From an archaeon (GTDB lineage Archaea; Undinarchaeota; Undinarchaeia; Undinarchaeales; JBDRKL01), in assembly GCA_043814055.1 (NCBI GenBank), contig JBDRKL010000013.1, forward strand, positions 1 through 47,655: DNA of 47,655 nt. Direction: 5' to 3'. The notes under the pieces were generated by a model. The model saw only the letters and a program-made list of their open reading frames with translations. It did not search any database and was not told where the DNA came from. Made by a program: the position numbers and the translations under genes. Shown piece by piece: positions 38,040 through 46,554 of the stretch. Each line of letters starts with the position of its first letter. Positions within the stretch are counted from its first letter, which is position 1.

Positions 38040-39266
38040 ATGCACAACCGAAAAATAAAAACGGCAATTTTTAAGGATATACACAAGTCTGTTTTTGAGG
38101 CATATTCTGAACTTAAGGCAGGGAAGCTCTATGCGAAAGATGAAGTGCAGCTCCGCCACACCTTTGTCAAACTCCTATCCGAAAACCTGGCAGACGAGGA
38201 ACTGGTTCTTGAAGTTGCAAACGAATATGCAGGGGCGCCGCAAAACGCCCAAGAAATGCAAAAAGAGGCTAAACATTCTTTCAATGAACTAACTCAAATT
38301 TTAGCTAAGAATGACATTGTCGTTGGTTCTTTAGGCAAGCAATTCCGCGGACCAATGGACGCTTCTGACGTCAAGTACAGACTATACATAAACGCCAGCC
38401 CCTTTCACATACAAGACCTTGCTGTTGAAATTCTAAAGCTCGCCCGATTGGATACTTGTCCTCGCTGCCATTCACCTAGCATAGACAATGCAAACATTTG
38501 TCCAGAATGCGGAGAATCTTTTGAAAATGTAAACAAGTGTCCAAAATGCAAAGAAAAAATTAGCCCAACTGCAAATATTTGCCCAAGCTGTGGTTTTAAA
38601 CTAAATTCTGTTCGATGGTTAAAATTCCCCTACGAATATCATAATCCAAAACTGTATGAAAAAATGCGAAATGAATACATTGCCGCAATTCGGGACTCTG
38701 CACAACATGTAAAAGCTGTGCTCCGTAAAGAAGGCGATGGGTCTGATACTCTTATAGAACTATCTAATGGCGCCCCCTATCCGTTGGAGACTTTAAAATC
38801 GTTTTTAGAATCAAACCATCTTAATGGAATCCCTTATGTGGACGAAAACTGGGTGCTCAGAGATTTTGTCCCAGAGAAAAAGCTTTTGGTAGCCAAGCTG
38901 CAGGAAATGATGCAATCCAACAAAATAGTCATATACTTTGACGACAACAAAAAATACATCAAGTTCTGCGTTTCTTTTTTAAAAAAGCTCCCAAAAGAAT
39001 GGTTTGGAAAAGGCGTTTCAAGGTTCACAAAGCAAATACATCCAGGCATTGGTTTTTCAAGACAGCCCGACAGGGGAGAGGGCAAGGAAATTGCAGAAAG
39101 CGTTGGCATGTATTTCCGCAGAAAGCTTCCTAGCCTAATTTGGATGGCTGTGAGTGATGGTCAGGGGAATCTTTTAGACCAAACTGAAAAAGATTTAGAA
39201 AAAATCTCAAAAAAAATCTATTGGGAGCTCAGCGAATTCGCAGAGAAAATCCATTCATTAGACTAA
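38040..39266 (+). CDS. Hypothetical protein: HopA1-like domain with inserted double zinc ribbon
   Basis: YRLYIN, KIVIYF, FTKQIHPGIGFSRQP..ESVG; four CPxC motifs; AT-rich. Confidence 0.6.
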   Translation: MHNRKIKTAIFKDIHKSVFEAYSELKAGKLYAKDEVQLRHTFVKLLSENLADEELVLEVANEYAGAPQNAQEMQKEAKHSFNELTQILAKNDIVVGSLGKQFRGPMDASDVKYRLYINASPFHIQDLAVEILKLARLDTCPRCHSPSIDNANICPECGESFENVNKCPKCKEKISPTANICPSCGFKLNSVRWLKFPYEYHNPKLYEKMRNEYIAAIRDSAQHVKAVLRKEGDGSDTLIELSNGAPYPLETLKSFLESNHLNGIPYVDENWVLRDFVPEKKLLVAKLQEMMQSNKIVIYFDDNKKYIKFCVSFLKKLPKEWFGKGVSRFTKQIHPGIGFSRQPDRGEGKEIAESVGMYFRRKLPSLIWMAVSDGQGNLLDQTEKDLEKISKKIYWELSEFAEKIHSLD

Positions 39267-39718
39267 TGACCACAGCTCTATTCATCGGCAAGTTCCAGCC
39301 TTTTCATTTAGGCCACCTCGGCGCGATAAAGCAAATCCTCGCAGAGAACGAGAAAGTAGTCATAGCCATCTCTGAAACCTCCGAACCATTCACAACCTCA
39401 GAGCGAAAAGAAATGATTGAACTCGCGCTCGCCGAGGCTGAAATTGAAAATTATAAAATAATCTCAATCCAGGCACCTTATGTTAAGTTCGCCAAGACCC
39501 AGGTTAAATTTGACTCAGTCTGCACCTCAGACGACCCAAAAACCCGCCACTGCTTCTCCGAAGCTGGATTTCAGGTAAAACAAATAAAACGAATCTCTCC
39601 CTACAGCTCAACTCTGGTCCGTGAGCGGATAAAAAACTCCGCGCCTTGGGAAGAACTTGTTCCAGACGCAGTCCACACTTACTTGCTTAAAATCAATGCG
39701 CAGCAGCGCATAAAATAA
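39266..39718 (+). CDS. nadM: Nicotinamide-nucleotide adenylyltransferase-like cytidylyltransferase family protein
   Basis: FIGKFQPFHLGH, PFTTSERKEMI, SSTLVR, WEELVP; TAATG overlap. Confidence 0.8.
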   Translation: MTTALFIGKFQPFHLGHLGAIKQILAENEKVVIAISETSEPFTTSERKEMIELALAEAEIENYKIISIQAPYVKFAKTQVKFDSVCTSDDPKTRHCFSEAGFQVKQIKRISPYSSTLVRERIKNSAPWEELVPDAVHTYLLKINAQQRIK

Positions 39719-39771
39719 TTTTGAGTTAACTTTTTATACTCCCTGCAATTAGTCCAGCTTGAGGTGTAATA

Positions 39772-40329
39772 ATGGCAACAAGCAGAATTTCAGTCAGGGA
39801 TGCAATGACCCGCAAGGTTATTACAGTTACCCCCGGGGATAATGTGTCTGACGCCGCGAAGCTCATGGTGAAGCACGAGCTCGGCGGACTCGTGGTTCTC
39901 ACTGGCGGCGAGCCAGTAGGAATAGTGACCGAGCGCGATCTTTTGGACGTGCTTGCCAACGACAAACTGCCGTCAAAAATCAAGATTTTGGAAGTAATGG
40001 CAAAGCCGCTTATAACCATAAGCCCGGACGACAGCATAATGGACGCGGCAAAGACCATGCAAAAGAACAAGATACGAAAACTGCCGGTCCAGGAAAATGG
40101 AGAGCTCATCGGAATCCTCAGCGCAGAGGACATTGTCAGGATTGCGCCGCGGGAGATAGAGCTTTTGCTTGAACTTGCTGCGATAAAGGCGCAGGATACC
40201 AGCGGCTTCCTGCAGTCCGGCACAGAAGGGGATTGTGAGGTCTGCGGAAACTACGCAGAATACCTTGAACAGGTTGGCGACGCACACGTTTGCCAAGACT
40301 GTAAGGCATCTGATGAAGAGGGAAAATAA
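39772..40329 (+). CDS. CBS-pair protein with C-terminal Zn ribbon
   Basis: Two CBS repeats (GIVTERD, GILSAED) plus CEVC..CQDC. Confidence 0.9.
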   Translation: MATSRISVRDAMTRKVITVTPGDNVSDAAKLMVKHELGGLVVLTGGEPVGIVTERDLLDVLANDKLPSKIKILEVMAKPLITISPDDSIMDAAKTMQKNKIRKLPVQENGELIGILSAEDIVRIAPREIELLLELAAIKAQDTSGFLQSGTEGDCEVCGNYAEYLEQVGDAHVCQDCKASDEEGK

Positions 40330-41103
40330 ATGATGCAAACAAAGGAGTTGATAAAACCCTGCCCCAGCCTCTCCTACACTGACTTGGCGTCAAAGGCAAG
40401 GGCGCAGTTCCGCAAGAACAACACCAGAGCTATGCCAGTTTTTCGGGGCAGCGAACTCGTTGGAATACTAACGCGCTCCGACCTAGTTAAGGTTACTTCA
40501 ACAAAGTCAAACATCACGGTGGGAGGCCTTCTGTGGAAGCCCTTAATACCCATAAACTCAACCGACTCAGTCATGACCGCCGCGCGCACGCTCGTCCAGA
40601 ATCAAATAAAGCAGGCGCCTGTTTTTGAAAACGGCAAGTTCCTAGGATTAATCCGGGATGTTGATATACTTCGGGCTTTCTCCCAGTCCAAACGGATGAA
40701 AGTCAAGCGCAAAAAGGTATCTGCCCTGATGGACACGAATATAACCACATTCTCTCCAAAAGACCTGCTCTCCCGCGTCTGGCCCGCCATGACCGAACAC
40801 TCAAGTTTCCCAATCCTTAACAAGGACGAGCTCGTCGGCATAATCTCCAGCCGCGAGCTTCTGGAGAACAAGAAGTCCAGGCTTGGTAAAGAATCAGAGA
40901 AGTCGAGAAAGTCCGCTAGCATTGAAACCGTTATGCTTAACATTAAGGGAGAGGAGGCAAGATTCATACTCAAGCCAACACACACGATTCACGAGGCGAC
41001 TTCAAAAATCCTAAAAACTGGAACCAACATCCTGCCGGTTGTTGATGGCAAACTCGTTGGGCTGGTGTCAAGGCGTGACTTAATACGGGGGTATCTACAA
41101 TGA
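40330..41103 (+). CDS. Four-CBS-domain protein
   Basis: GILTRSD, GLIRDVD, GIISSRE, GLVSRRD. Confidence 0.88.
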   Translation: MMQTKELIKPCPSLSYTDLASKARAQFRKNNTRAMPVFRGSELVGILTRSDLVKVTSTKSNITVGGLLWKPLIPINSTDSVMTAARTLVQNQIKQAPVFENGKFLGLIRDVDILRAFSQSKRMKVKRKKVSALMDTNITTFSPKDLLSRVWPAMTEHSSFPILNKDELVGIISSRELLENKKSRLGKESEKSRKSASIETVMLNIKGEEARFILKPTHTIHEATSKILKTGTNILPVVDGKLVGLVSRRDLIRGYLQ

Positions 41104-41987
41104 CCAAACTTTCATCAATGCAAAACCTGCGCGGCAAGATGCGCACGCACAACTTTAATCCAGTTGAGTTCAAGACAAACAACGCGACAAACGAGGGCTC
41201 AGTAATGGAAATAGCCAACACAGAGTTCCTGACAATTCAAAAGGAGAACACGATAAAGAACGCGGCAGACCTGATGGCAGAAAACCACGTTCGCCGCATA
41301 TTCATAACAGAACCGGACAACACGCTCCTCAGCATCCTGACCGCCATGGACATAATTGACTTTCTCGGCGGCGGCGACCGCTTCAGGCTCGTGTCAGAGA
41401 AGCACAAGGGCAACCTAACCTCAGCGATAAACGAGCCAATACGTGAGCTGATGAAAGGCTCTTTCATAGGAGTCTCTCACAAGGACAGCCTAAAGGACGT
41501 GCTTAAGATATTGCTGGAGACCGGACACGGCGGCCTCCCTGTGATGGACGGCGACAAGATAATCGGGACTGTTGGCGAGCGCGACTTCGCGCACCTAGCC
41601 TCAAAACAGCACACAACCGCCAAGGTCTCAGAGGTAATGACCAAGGAAGTTATGTTCGGCACTGCAGGAATGTCAGTCTCGGACGCTGCGAAGGCGATGC
41701 TCCGCAACCACTTCCGCCGCCTGCCAATCCTCACCGAGCGCAAGCTAGCCGGCATAGTAACCGCCCGCGACCTTGTAACACTGTTCTCGGTCAAATTCTC
41801 ACCGGACATTCTTGACGCAAAAATAGACGAGGTAATGCACGACCCGGTAACCACGACGCCGGACGAGCTCTTGATGAACGCGGCTACCCTGATGCAGGAA
41901 CTTGACGTTGGTGGCCTGCCAGTTCTTGACGGTGAGAAAGTGGTTGGGCTTCTTACTGAACGGGACATAATTGAGACTGTGAAGTGA
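41100..41987 (+). CDS. Four-CBS-domain protein
   Basis: DIIDFLGGG, GGLPV, RRLPI, GLLTERD. Confidence 0.9.
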   Translation: MTKLSSMQNLRGKMRTHNFNPVEFKTNNATNEGSVMEIANTEFLTIQKENTIKNAADLMAENHVRRIFITEPDNTLLSILTAMDIIDFLGGGDRFRLVSEKHKGNLTSAINEPIRELMKGSFIGVSHKDSLKDVLKILLETGHGGLPVMDGDKIIGTVGERDFAHLASKQHTTAKVSEVMTKEVMFGTAGMSVSDAAKAMLRNHFRRLPILTERKLAGIVTARDLVTLFSVKFSPDILDAKIDEVMHDPVTTTPDELLMNAATLMQELDVGGLPVLDGEKVVGLLTERDIIETVK

Positions 41988-41999
41988 TTTCAAGTTAGT

Positions 42000-42035
42000 G
42001 GTTTGTAGTTAATAGTAGGCTATCGACTACGAACC
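42000..42035. terminator. Long imperfect hairpin after the CBS cluster
   Basis: GGTTTGTAGTTAATAG-tagg-CTATCGACTACGAACC. Confidence 0.45.
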
Positions 42036-42056
42036 CCAAACTACCAACTTCAGGCT

Positions 42057-42154
42057 TTTCACAACCTTTTTAAACTCCGCCTGGCCACGGAGGTAGGCCG
42101 GGGGCATTCGCTCGTCGCGCTCGCGAAGCCCCTTTCACAACCTTTAAAAACCCC
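42057..42154 (+). repeat. 76-bp twin-hairpin module flanked by a duplicated promoter-like sequence
   Basis: tttcacaacctttttaaactcc (42057) and tttcacaacctttaaaaacccc (42133); CTCCG/CGGAG and GGGGC-A-TTCGC..GCGAA-GCCCC hairpins. Confidence 0.75.
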
Positions 42155-42170
42155 AAAGCACACTATAATC

Positions 42171-42605
42171 TGCTCGAGGTCTCGATATGAGGGTTACTCA
42201 GTGGAGTACGACCTGTTCAATCGATGATCCTGGGTGTTAATATTGGGAACCCCGAGCATTCATATCATGAGACTTAGGATTCGTGTAAAGCCGAACGCAC
42301 CCGAACTGGAGGTGGAGGTGGTTGGCGAGAAGGAATTAAAGGTCTCGGTTAAATCCCCTCCCCAAGACGGGAGGGCAAACAAGGAACTCACAAATTTCCT
42401 TAAGAAGCTCCTGCGCAAAGCAGGAGAAAGCCCGCGGGTTGAACTCGTGGGCGGTCACACATCACGCATCAAGTATGTAGAAGTTGACCTAACGTGGCAA
42501 CAGATCAAGAATGTCATCAACTCAGGATCTTGCTCATCAGACCGATAAGATGAACGCGCCCGCACAGCCGCTGGACAAACCACCGGCAGTCAGCGCTGAG
42601 ACTTC
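42171..42605 (+). ncRNA. Candidate structured RNA encompassing the DUF167 ORF
   Basis: Leader helices 42177-42190/42260-42275 and 42171-42176/42253-42258; long-range 42226-42235/42520-42529; several strong in-ORF hairpins. Confidence 0.4.
42267..42548 (+). CDS. DUF167 / UPF0235 (YggU-like) protein
   Basis: IRVKPNA, VKSPPQDGRANKEL..FL, GGHTSRIK. Confidence 0.9.
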   Translation: MRLRIRVKPNAPELEVEVVGEKELKVSVKSPPQDGRANKELTNFLKKLLRKAGESPRVELVGGHTSRIKYVEVDLTWQQIKNVINSGSCSSDR

Positions 42606-42688
42606 TGGGAATTGATACTTACCACGCTTCTGGCCAAATGGCCTTGGAAATTTTTAACTGAGTTCTATACACAAGGAGATGAAATAAA

Positions 42689-44080
42689 ATGGGAAAAATA
42701 GGAATGTCCGCTACAAAATACATAATCAAGGCAAAGATTGACGCAACTGGCGTAGTTGAGAAACCGGACGTGATAGGGGCAGTTTTCGGCCAGACCGAAG
42801 GACTGCTCGGGGATGAACTAGAACTAAGAGAGCTTCAGAAGAGCGGCAGAATTGGCCGCATTGAAGTAACGATTCAGTCCAAAGAGGGCAAGTCAGATGG
42901 GTTCATAGAAATACCAACCTCTTTGAGCAAGGAAGACACAGCGCTCATCGCAGCCGCGCTTGAGACCATAGACCGAGTTGGCCCCTGCAATGCAAAGATA
43001 ATCATCGAAGGCATAGAGGACGTGCGAACTTCAAAGCGCGACTTCGTTGTTGGCCGCGCCCAAGCGCTTTTGGACAAGATGGGTGAGTCAGTGCCGGAGT
43101 CGCAGGAGCTGAGCACGCAGGTCAAGAACAACATCCGCACTTCAGACCTGAAAGAGTACGGTCCAGACAAGCTCCCTGGGGGTCCAACGCTTGACACTGC
43201 ATCTGAGATAATTCTAGTGGAAGGCCGCGCAGATGTTCTAAATCTCTTAAAGCACGGCATACCAAACGTGCTCGGGGTCGGCGGGACAAACGCGCCGCCA
43301 TCCCTCAAGGATATGTGTCGCGGAAAGCAGGTTACTGTTTTCGTGGACGGAGACCGAGGGGGCGACTTAATTCTGAAGGCGCTTCAGCAGATGGTATCTG
43401 TTGATTTCGTCGCGAGCGCGCCAACCGGGCTTGAAGTTGAAGAACTAACCCAGAAGGACTCAATAAAAGCGCTAAGGAGCAAGACCAAGGCAAGACCGGG
43501 TGGAGCAACCGCGCCAGCATCAAGAACTTTTGAAAGGCATCCTCGCCCAGCTCCAAGGAGCCACGCGCCACCGCGAAGGTCATTTGACCGTGATCGCAGA
43601 CCAATGCCAACTCCACAGAAAGTTCCGTACCAGCCCGAGTTCAAGGCTCTTGGGAAAATTCTCAACGGCATAGGCCCGACCGAGGCGTGCCTGCTCAAGC
43701 AGAGTGGCGCAAACTTCCGCGAGGTTGGAAAAGTGCCGAAGGCAGACCTTGAAGACGTGCTTGAGAACTTGCAGAAAGGGAAGGCACAGGCATTGATAGT
43801 CAGCTGGGATCTTGACCAGAGCTTAATCAATGACGCGTGCAACAAGGACATCAAGTACATTGTTGGTCGAAGAAAGCCGATAATGGTTAAGCGAGCGCCA
43901 GGAGTTCTAGTCCTTGACAAGCGTGACCTTGAGCCGCCAGCGCAGGCAGCTGCTCCAAAATCAGCAACACCAGCAGCGCCAACTCAACCAGCGCCGGCTG
44001 CAAATCCAGTAGCAAATCCAGCCGCGCCAGTAGCAAAATCAATCGGAGGACAAAACAATGATGCCAAACCTAAATCCTAA
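42689..44080 (+). CDS. dnaG: Archaeal DnaG (TOPRIM, exosome-associated primase-like)
   Basis: GVVEKPDVIGAVFGQTEGLLG, VEGRADV, DGDRGG; Pro/Ala-rich tail. Confidence 0.96.
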   Translation: MGKIGMSATKYIIKAKIDATGVVEKPDVIGAVFGQTEGLLGDELELRELQKSGRIGRIEVTIQSKEGKSDGFIEIPTSLSKEDTALIAAALETIDRVGPCNAKIIIEGIEDVRTSKRDFVVGRAQALLDKMGESVPESQELSTQVKNNIRTSDLKEYGPDKLPGGPTLDTASEIILVEGRADVLNLLKHGIPNVLGVGGTNAPPSLKDMCRGKQVTVFVDGDRGGDLILKALQQMVSVDFVASAPTGLEVEELTQKDSIKALRSKTKARPGGATAPASRTFERHPRPAPRSHAPPRRSFDRDRRPMPTPQKVPYQPEFKALGKILNGIGPTEACLLKQSGANFREVGKVPKADLEDVLENLQKGKAQALIVSWDLDQSLINDACNKDIKYIVGRRKPIMVKRAPGVLVLDKRDLEPPAQAAAPKSATPAAPTQPAPAANPVANPAAPVAKSIGGQNNDAKPKS

Positions 44081-44402
44081 ACAGATGCAAAAAATGATGA
44101 AGCAGCTCGGGATGAGCACTGAGCAAATAGACGCGGAGGAAGTTGTGATATTCCTCAAGAATGGAAGTGAGATGCGGATAAGCAACCCTCAGGTTTCCCG
44201 CATGAAAGTGCAGGGACAGGAATCCTTCCAGATATCCGGCGATGTGCAGGAGAACGCGGGCTCAGTGTCACTGGACGTGAGCGAGGACGACGTTGAGATG
44301 GTCGTGTCTCAGGCCGGGGTCTCTGAGGAAGACGCGCAGAAAGCTCTTGAAGAATCCGGCGGCGACATCGCCAAGGCAATCCTCTCACTGACTAAGAATT
44401 AA
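44058..44402 (+). CDS. nac: Nascent polypeptide-associated complex protein
   Basis: NPKQMQKMMKQLG, GQESFQISG, UBA-like GGDIAKAI. Confidence 0.95.
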   Translation: MMPNLNPKQMQKMMKQLGMSTEQIDAEEVVIFLKNGSEMRISNPQVSRMKVQGQESFQISGDVQENAGSVSLDVSEDDVEMVVSQAGVSEEDAQKALEESGGDIAKAILSLTKN

Positions 44403-44403
44403 A

Positions 44404-45528
44404 ATGCCAGCAACAATAATAATCGGAACCCAGTGGGGCGACGAGGGAAAAGGGAAAGTGGTTGACTACTTTGCAGAGGACGCTGACATAGTCGCGCGTT
44501 TCCAGGGCGGCAACAACGCTGGCCACACTGTCATCGTTGACGGCAAAACGTTCAAGCTGCACTTTCTCCCGTCCGGCATAGTCCGCGGCAAGGAAATTGT
44601 TCTCGGGAATGGAATGGTTCTTGAGCCGAAAGCGCTTCTTGATGAAATAAAATATGTTGAAGACGCCGGGCTTGACGCTTCAAAAATACTAATCTCTGAA
44701 AAAGCCCACGTGATAAGCAAGGAAAATCTTGAAACCGATGCCAAGGACTCTAAAATCGGAACCACAAAAAAGGGCATTGGCCCGACCTACTGCGCAAAAG
44801 TCTCCAGAATCGGAAAGCGAATCCACGACATTCTTGAAGATTATCCAGGCCTGAAAAAATACGCCGGCGACGCGTCACTCCGCATAAATGAAGCTCTTGA
44901 AGCTGGAAAAAACATAATTCTTGAAGGCGCCCAGGGCACAATGCTTGACATTGACCACGGCACATACCCGTTCGTGACAAGCTCAAATACAGTGGCTGGA
45001 GCCGCGTGCACCGGGCTCGGCGTGGGTCCGATGAAAATAGATCGGATAATTGGAGTAACCAAGGCATACACAACCAGAGTCGGCAATGGTCCATTCCCAA
45101 CCGAGCTCGGTGACAAAATCGGCAAGCACCTGCTTGAAACTGGCAAAGAGTTCGGCACAACAACAGGCCGGCCGCGAAGGTGCGGATGGTTTGACGCTGT
45201 GCTGGTAAAATACGCTGTCAGAATAAACAGCGTTTCAGAAATCGCGCTCACAAAGCTTGATGTTCTCTCTGGGCTTGAAAAACTCAAGATTTGCACTTCT
45301 TACGAAATTGACGGGAAACAAACAACATCCCCTCCAGTTAACCTTGAAAACTGCAAGCCAGTCTACGAGGAAATGCCTGGATTTGACCTCAGCACATCGG
45401 TTTCCAAGTATGAAGACCTCCCTGCCGCAGCCAAAAAATACATTGAAAGGCTTGAAGAATTGGCTGGCGTTAAAATCGCTATGCTTGGCACAGGACCGGC
45501 ACGAAGCGATACCTTTATAAAGGGGTAG
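44404..45528 (+). CDS. purA: Adenylosuccinate synthetase
   Basis: QWGDEGKGK, GGNNAGHT, EGAQG, YPFVTSS, TTGRPRRCGW, TKLDVL. Confidence 0.97.
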   Translation: MPATIIIGTQWGDEGKGKVVDYFAEDADIVARFQGGNNAGHTVIVDGKTFKLHFLPSGIVRGKEIVLGNGMVLEPKALLDEIKYVEDAGLDASKILISEKAHVISKENLETDAKDSKIGTTKKGIGPTYCAKVSRIGKRIHDILEDYPGLKKYAGDASLRINEALEAGKNIILEGAQGTMLDIDHGTYPFVTSSNTVAGAACTGLGVGPMKIDRIIGVTKAYTTRVGNGPFPTELGDKIGKHLLETGKEFGTTTGRPRRCGWFDAVLVKYAVRINSVSEIALTKLDVLSGLEKLKICTSYEIDGKQTTSPPVNLENCKPVYEEMPGFDLSTSVSKYEDLPAAAKKYIERLEELAGVKIAMLGTGPARSDTFIKG

Positions 45529-45572
45529 TGGCTACGCATACTTGTTAAAAAGCTTACCAGGAGGTGGAAATC

Positions 45573-45863
45573 ATGGCTGAAAAGAAGTATTACGTACTCA
45601 GGACTGCCAATAAGGATACAGAACACGTTTTCTCAGGTTCTGCTCCGCGACAGGCAGCTCTGAAAGCCGCTACCCGAAACTTTACTGACATTAAGCTGAG
45701 GGAGAGAGGCAGGCGCAACCAAGACGGCACATACTCTGTGCACAACTTTAAGGGATCTCGAAAGAAGGTCTCTGCACCTGCAAACGCCCCAAGCTGGCTG
45801 CCAAAGAACGTGTGGAAGCCAACAGTTAGAAAAGTTGGAGTGGACAGGATCAAGAAGCTCTAA
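45573..45863 (+). CDS. Non-histone chromosomal protein MC1
   Basis: YVLR..EHVFSG.APRQAALKAA..IKLRERG..P.WLP..WKP.V. Confidence 0.9.
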   Translation: MAEKKYYVLRTANKDTEHVFSGSAPRQAALKAATRNFTDIKLRERGRRNQDGTYSVHNFKGSRKKVSAPANAPSWLPKNVWKPTVRKVGVDRIKKL

Positions 45864-45880
45864 GCGATTAGATGCTAACC

Positions 45881-45912
45881 AAGCAAGGGCGGAAGCAACG
45901 CCCTTGCTTTTT
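45881..45912 (+). terminator. Hairpin plus T-tract
   Basis: AAGCAAGGGCG-gaagcaa-CGCCCTTGCTT-TTT. Confidence 0.7.
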
Positions 45913-45918
45913 ATATTT

Positions 45919-45995
45919 TTTAAAATTCCAGCGAATTCCTTTGAAATCCGCTGTCTTTAAATCACCACTATGCCTCTTAGCTTGGTGATTTAAAA
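45919..45995 (-). repeat. 70-bp twin-hairpin module at the 3' end of the membrane-protein gene
   Basis: TTTAAATCACCA/TGGTGATTTAAA-GAC-AGCGGATTTC/GAATTCGCT-GGAA-TTTTAAA; TTTTAAA repeated at both ends. Confidence 0.65.
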
Positions 45996-46553
45996 ACCAA
46001 TTAGAAACTCAGCACCATATTTAATAATCAAATAGCTCAGCGGCACGTGGATGAGCGCGAACTTGAAACAGCCAACGAAGCTGTGCCCGGTCACTGTGTA
46101 GAAAATTCCAGTGCCCAAGTCATAAATCAAGACAAGAATCAAACCCGCAAGAGCATAAGTCCCCATAATTCCATAAACCCACGGCGCAAGCACAGCAAGC
46201 GCGCTCATCCCAATCATTGCAACAACAACATCCTGCGGCCTCTCAATTGTGAAAAACCTGCTCAACCCAAGCGCCGAAGCGCCAACCAATGCCCCGGCAA
46301 GTGAGCCATACTTCAGCGCAGCAACAAACATGGCGAGCGTAACGAGCTCAATGGGCCAAGCATCAGGAGCAAACTTCTGCGGAATCCGTGAGCCAACCGC
46401 GAGCAGTAGCAAGAATCCTACAAAACCTATATCGGCGTAAGCGAATCCTAAAAAGATGTTGGTGGAGAGGACTGCGAGGAGAGCAATTGCTACGAAGCCA
46501 ATGTATTTCGCAAATTCTTTTGGAGTGGTTTGGACAACTTCTTTACGGCTCAT
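45990..46553 (-). CDS. Multi-pass membrane protein, possibly ECF S-component-like
   Basis: About six TM helices, IELVTLAMFVAALKYGSLAGALVG pattern. Confidence 0.6.
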   Translation of the reverse strand: MSRKEVVQTTPKEFAKYIGFVAIALLAVLSTNIFLGFAYADIGFVGFLLLLAVGSRIPQKFAPDAWPIELVTLAMFVAALKYGSLAGALVGASALGLSRFFTIERPQDVVVAMIGMSALAVLAPWVYGIMGTYALAGLILVLIYDLGTGIFYTVTGHSFVGCFKFALIHVPLSYLIIKYGAEFLIGF

Positions 46554-46554
46554 T

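Noticed and set aside
42171-42645. RNase P RNA, SRP RNA or tmRNA
   Set aside because: No GAGGAAAGUCC/P4 signature, no SRP helix-8 motif, and no tRNA-like ends
43930-44040. Pro/Ala-rich low-complexity repeats at the DnaG C-terminus
   Set aside because: A disordered tail, common in archaeal DnaG; no regular DNA repeat unit
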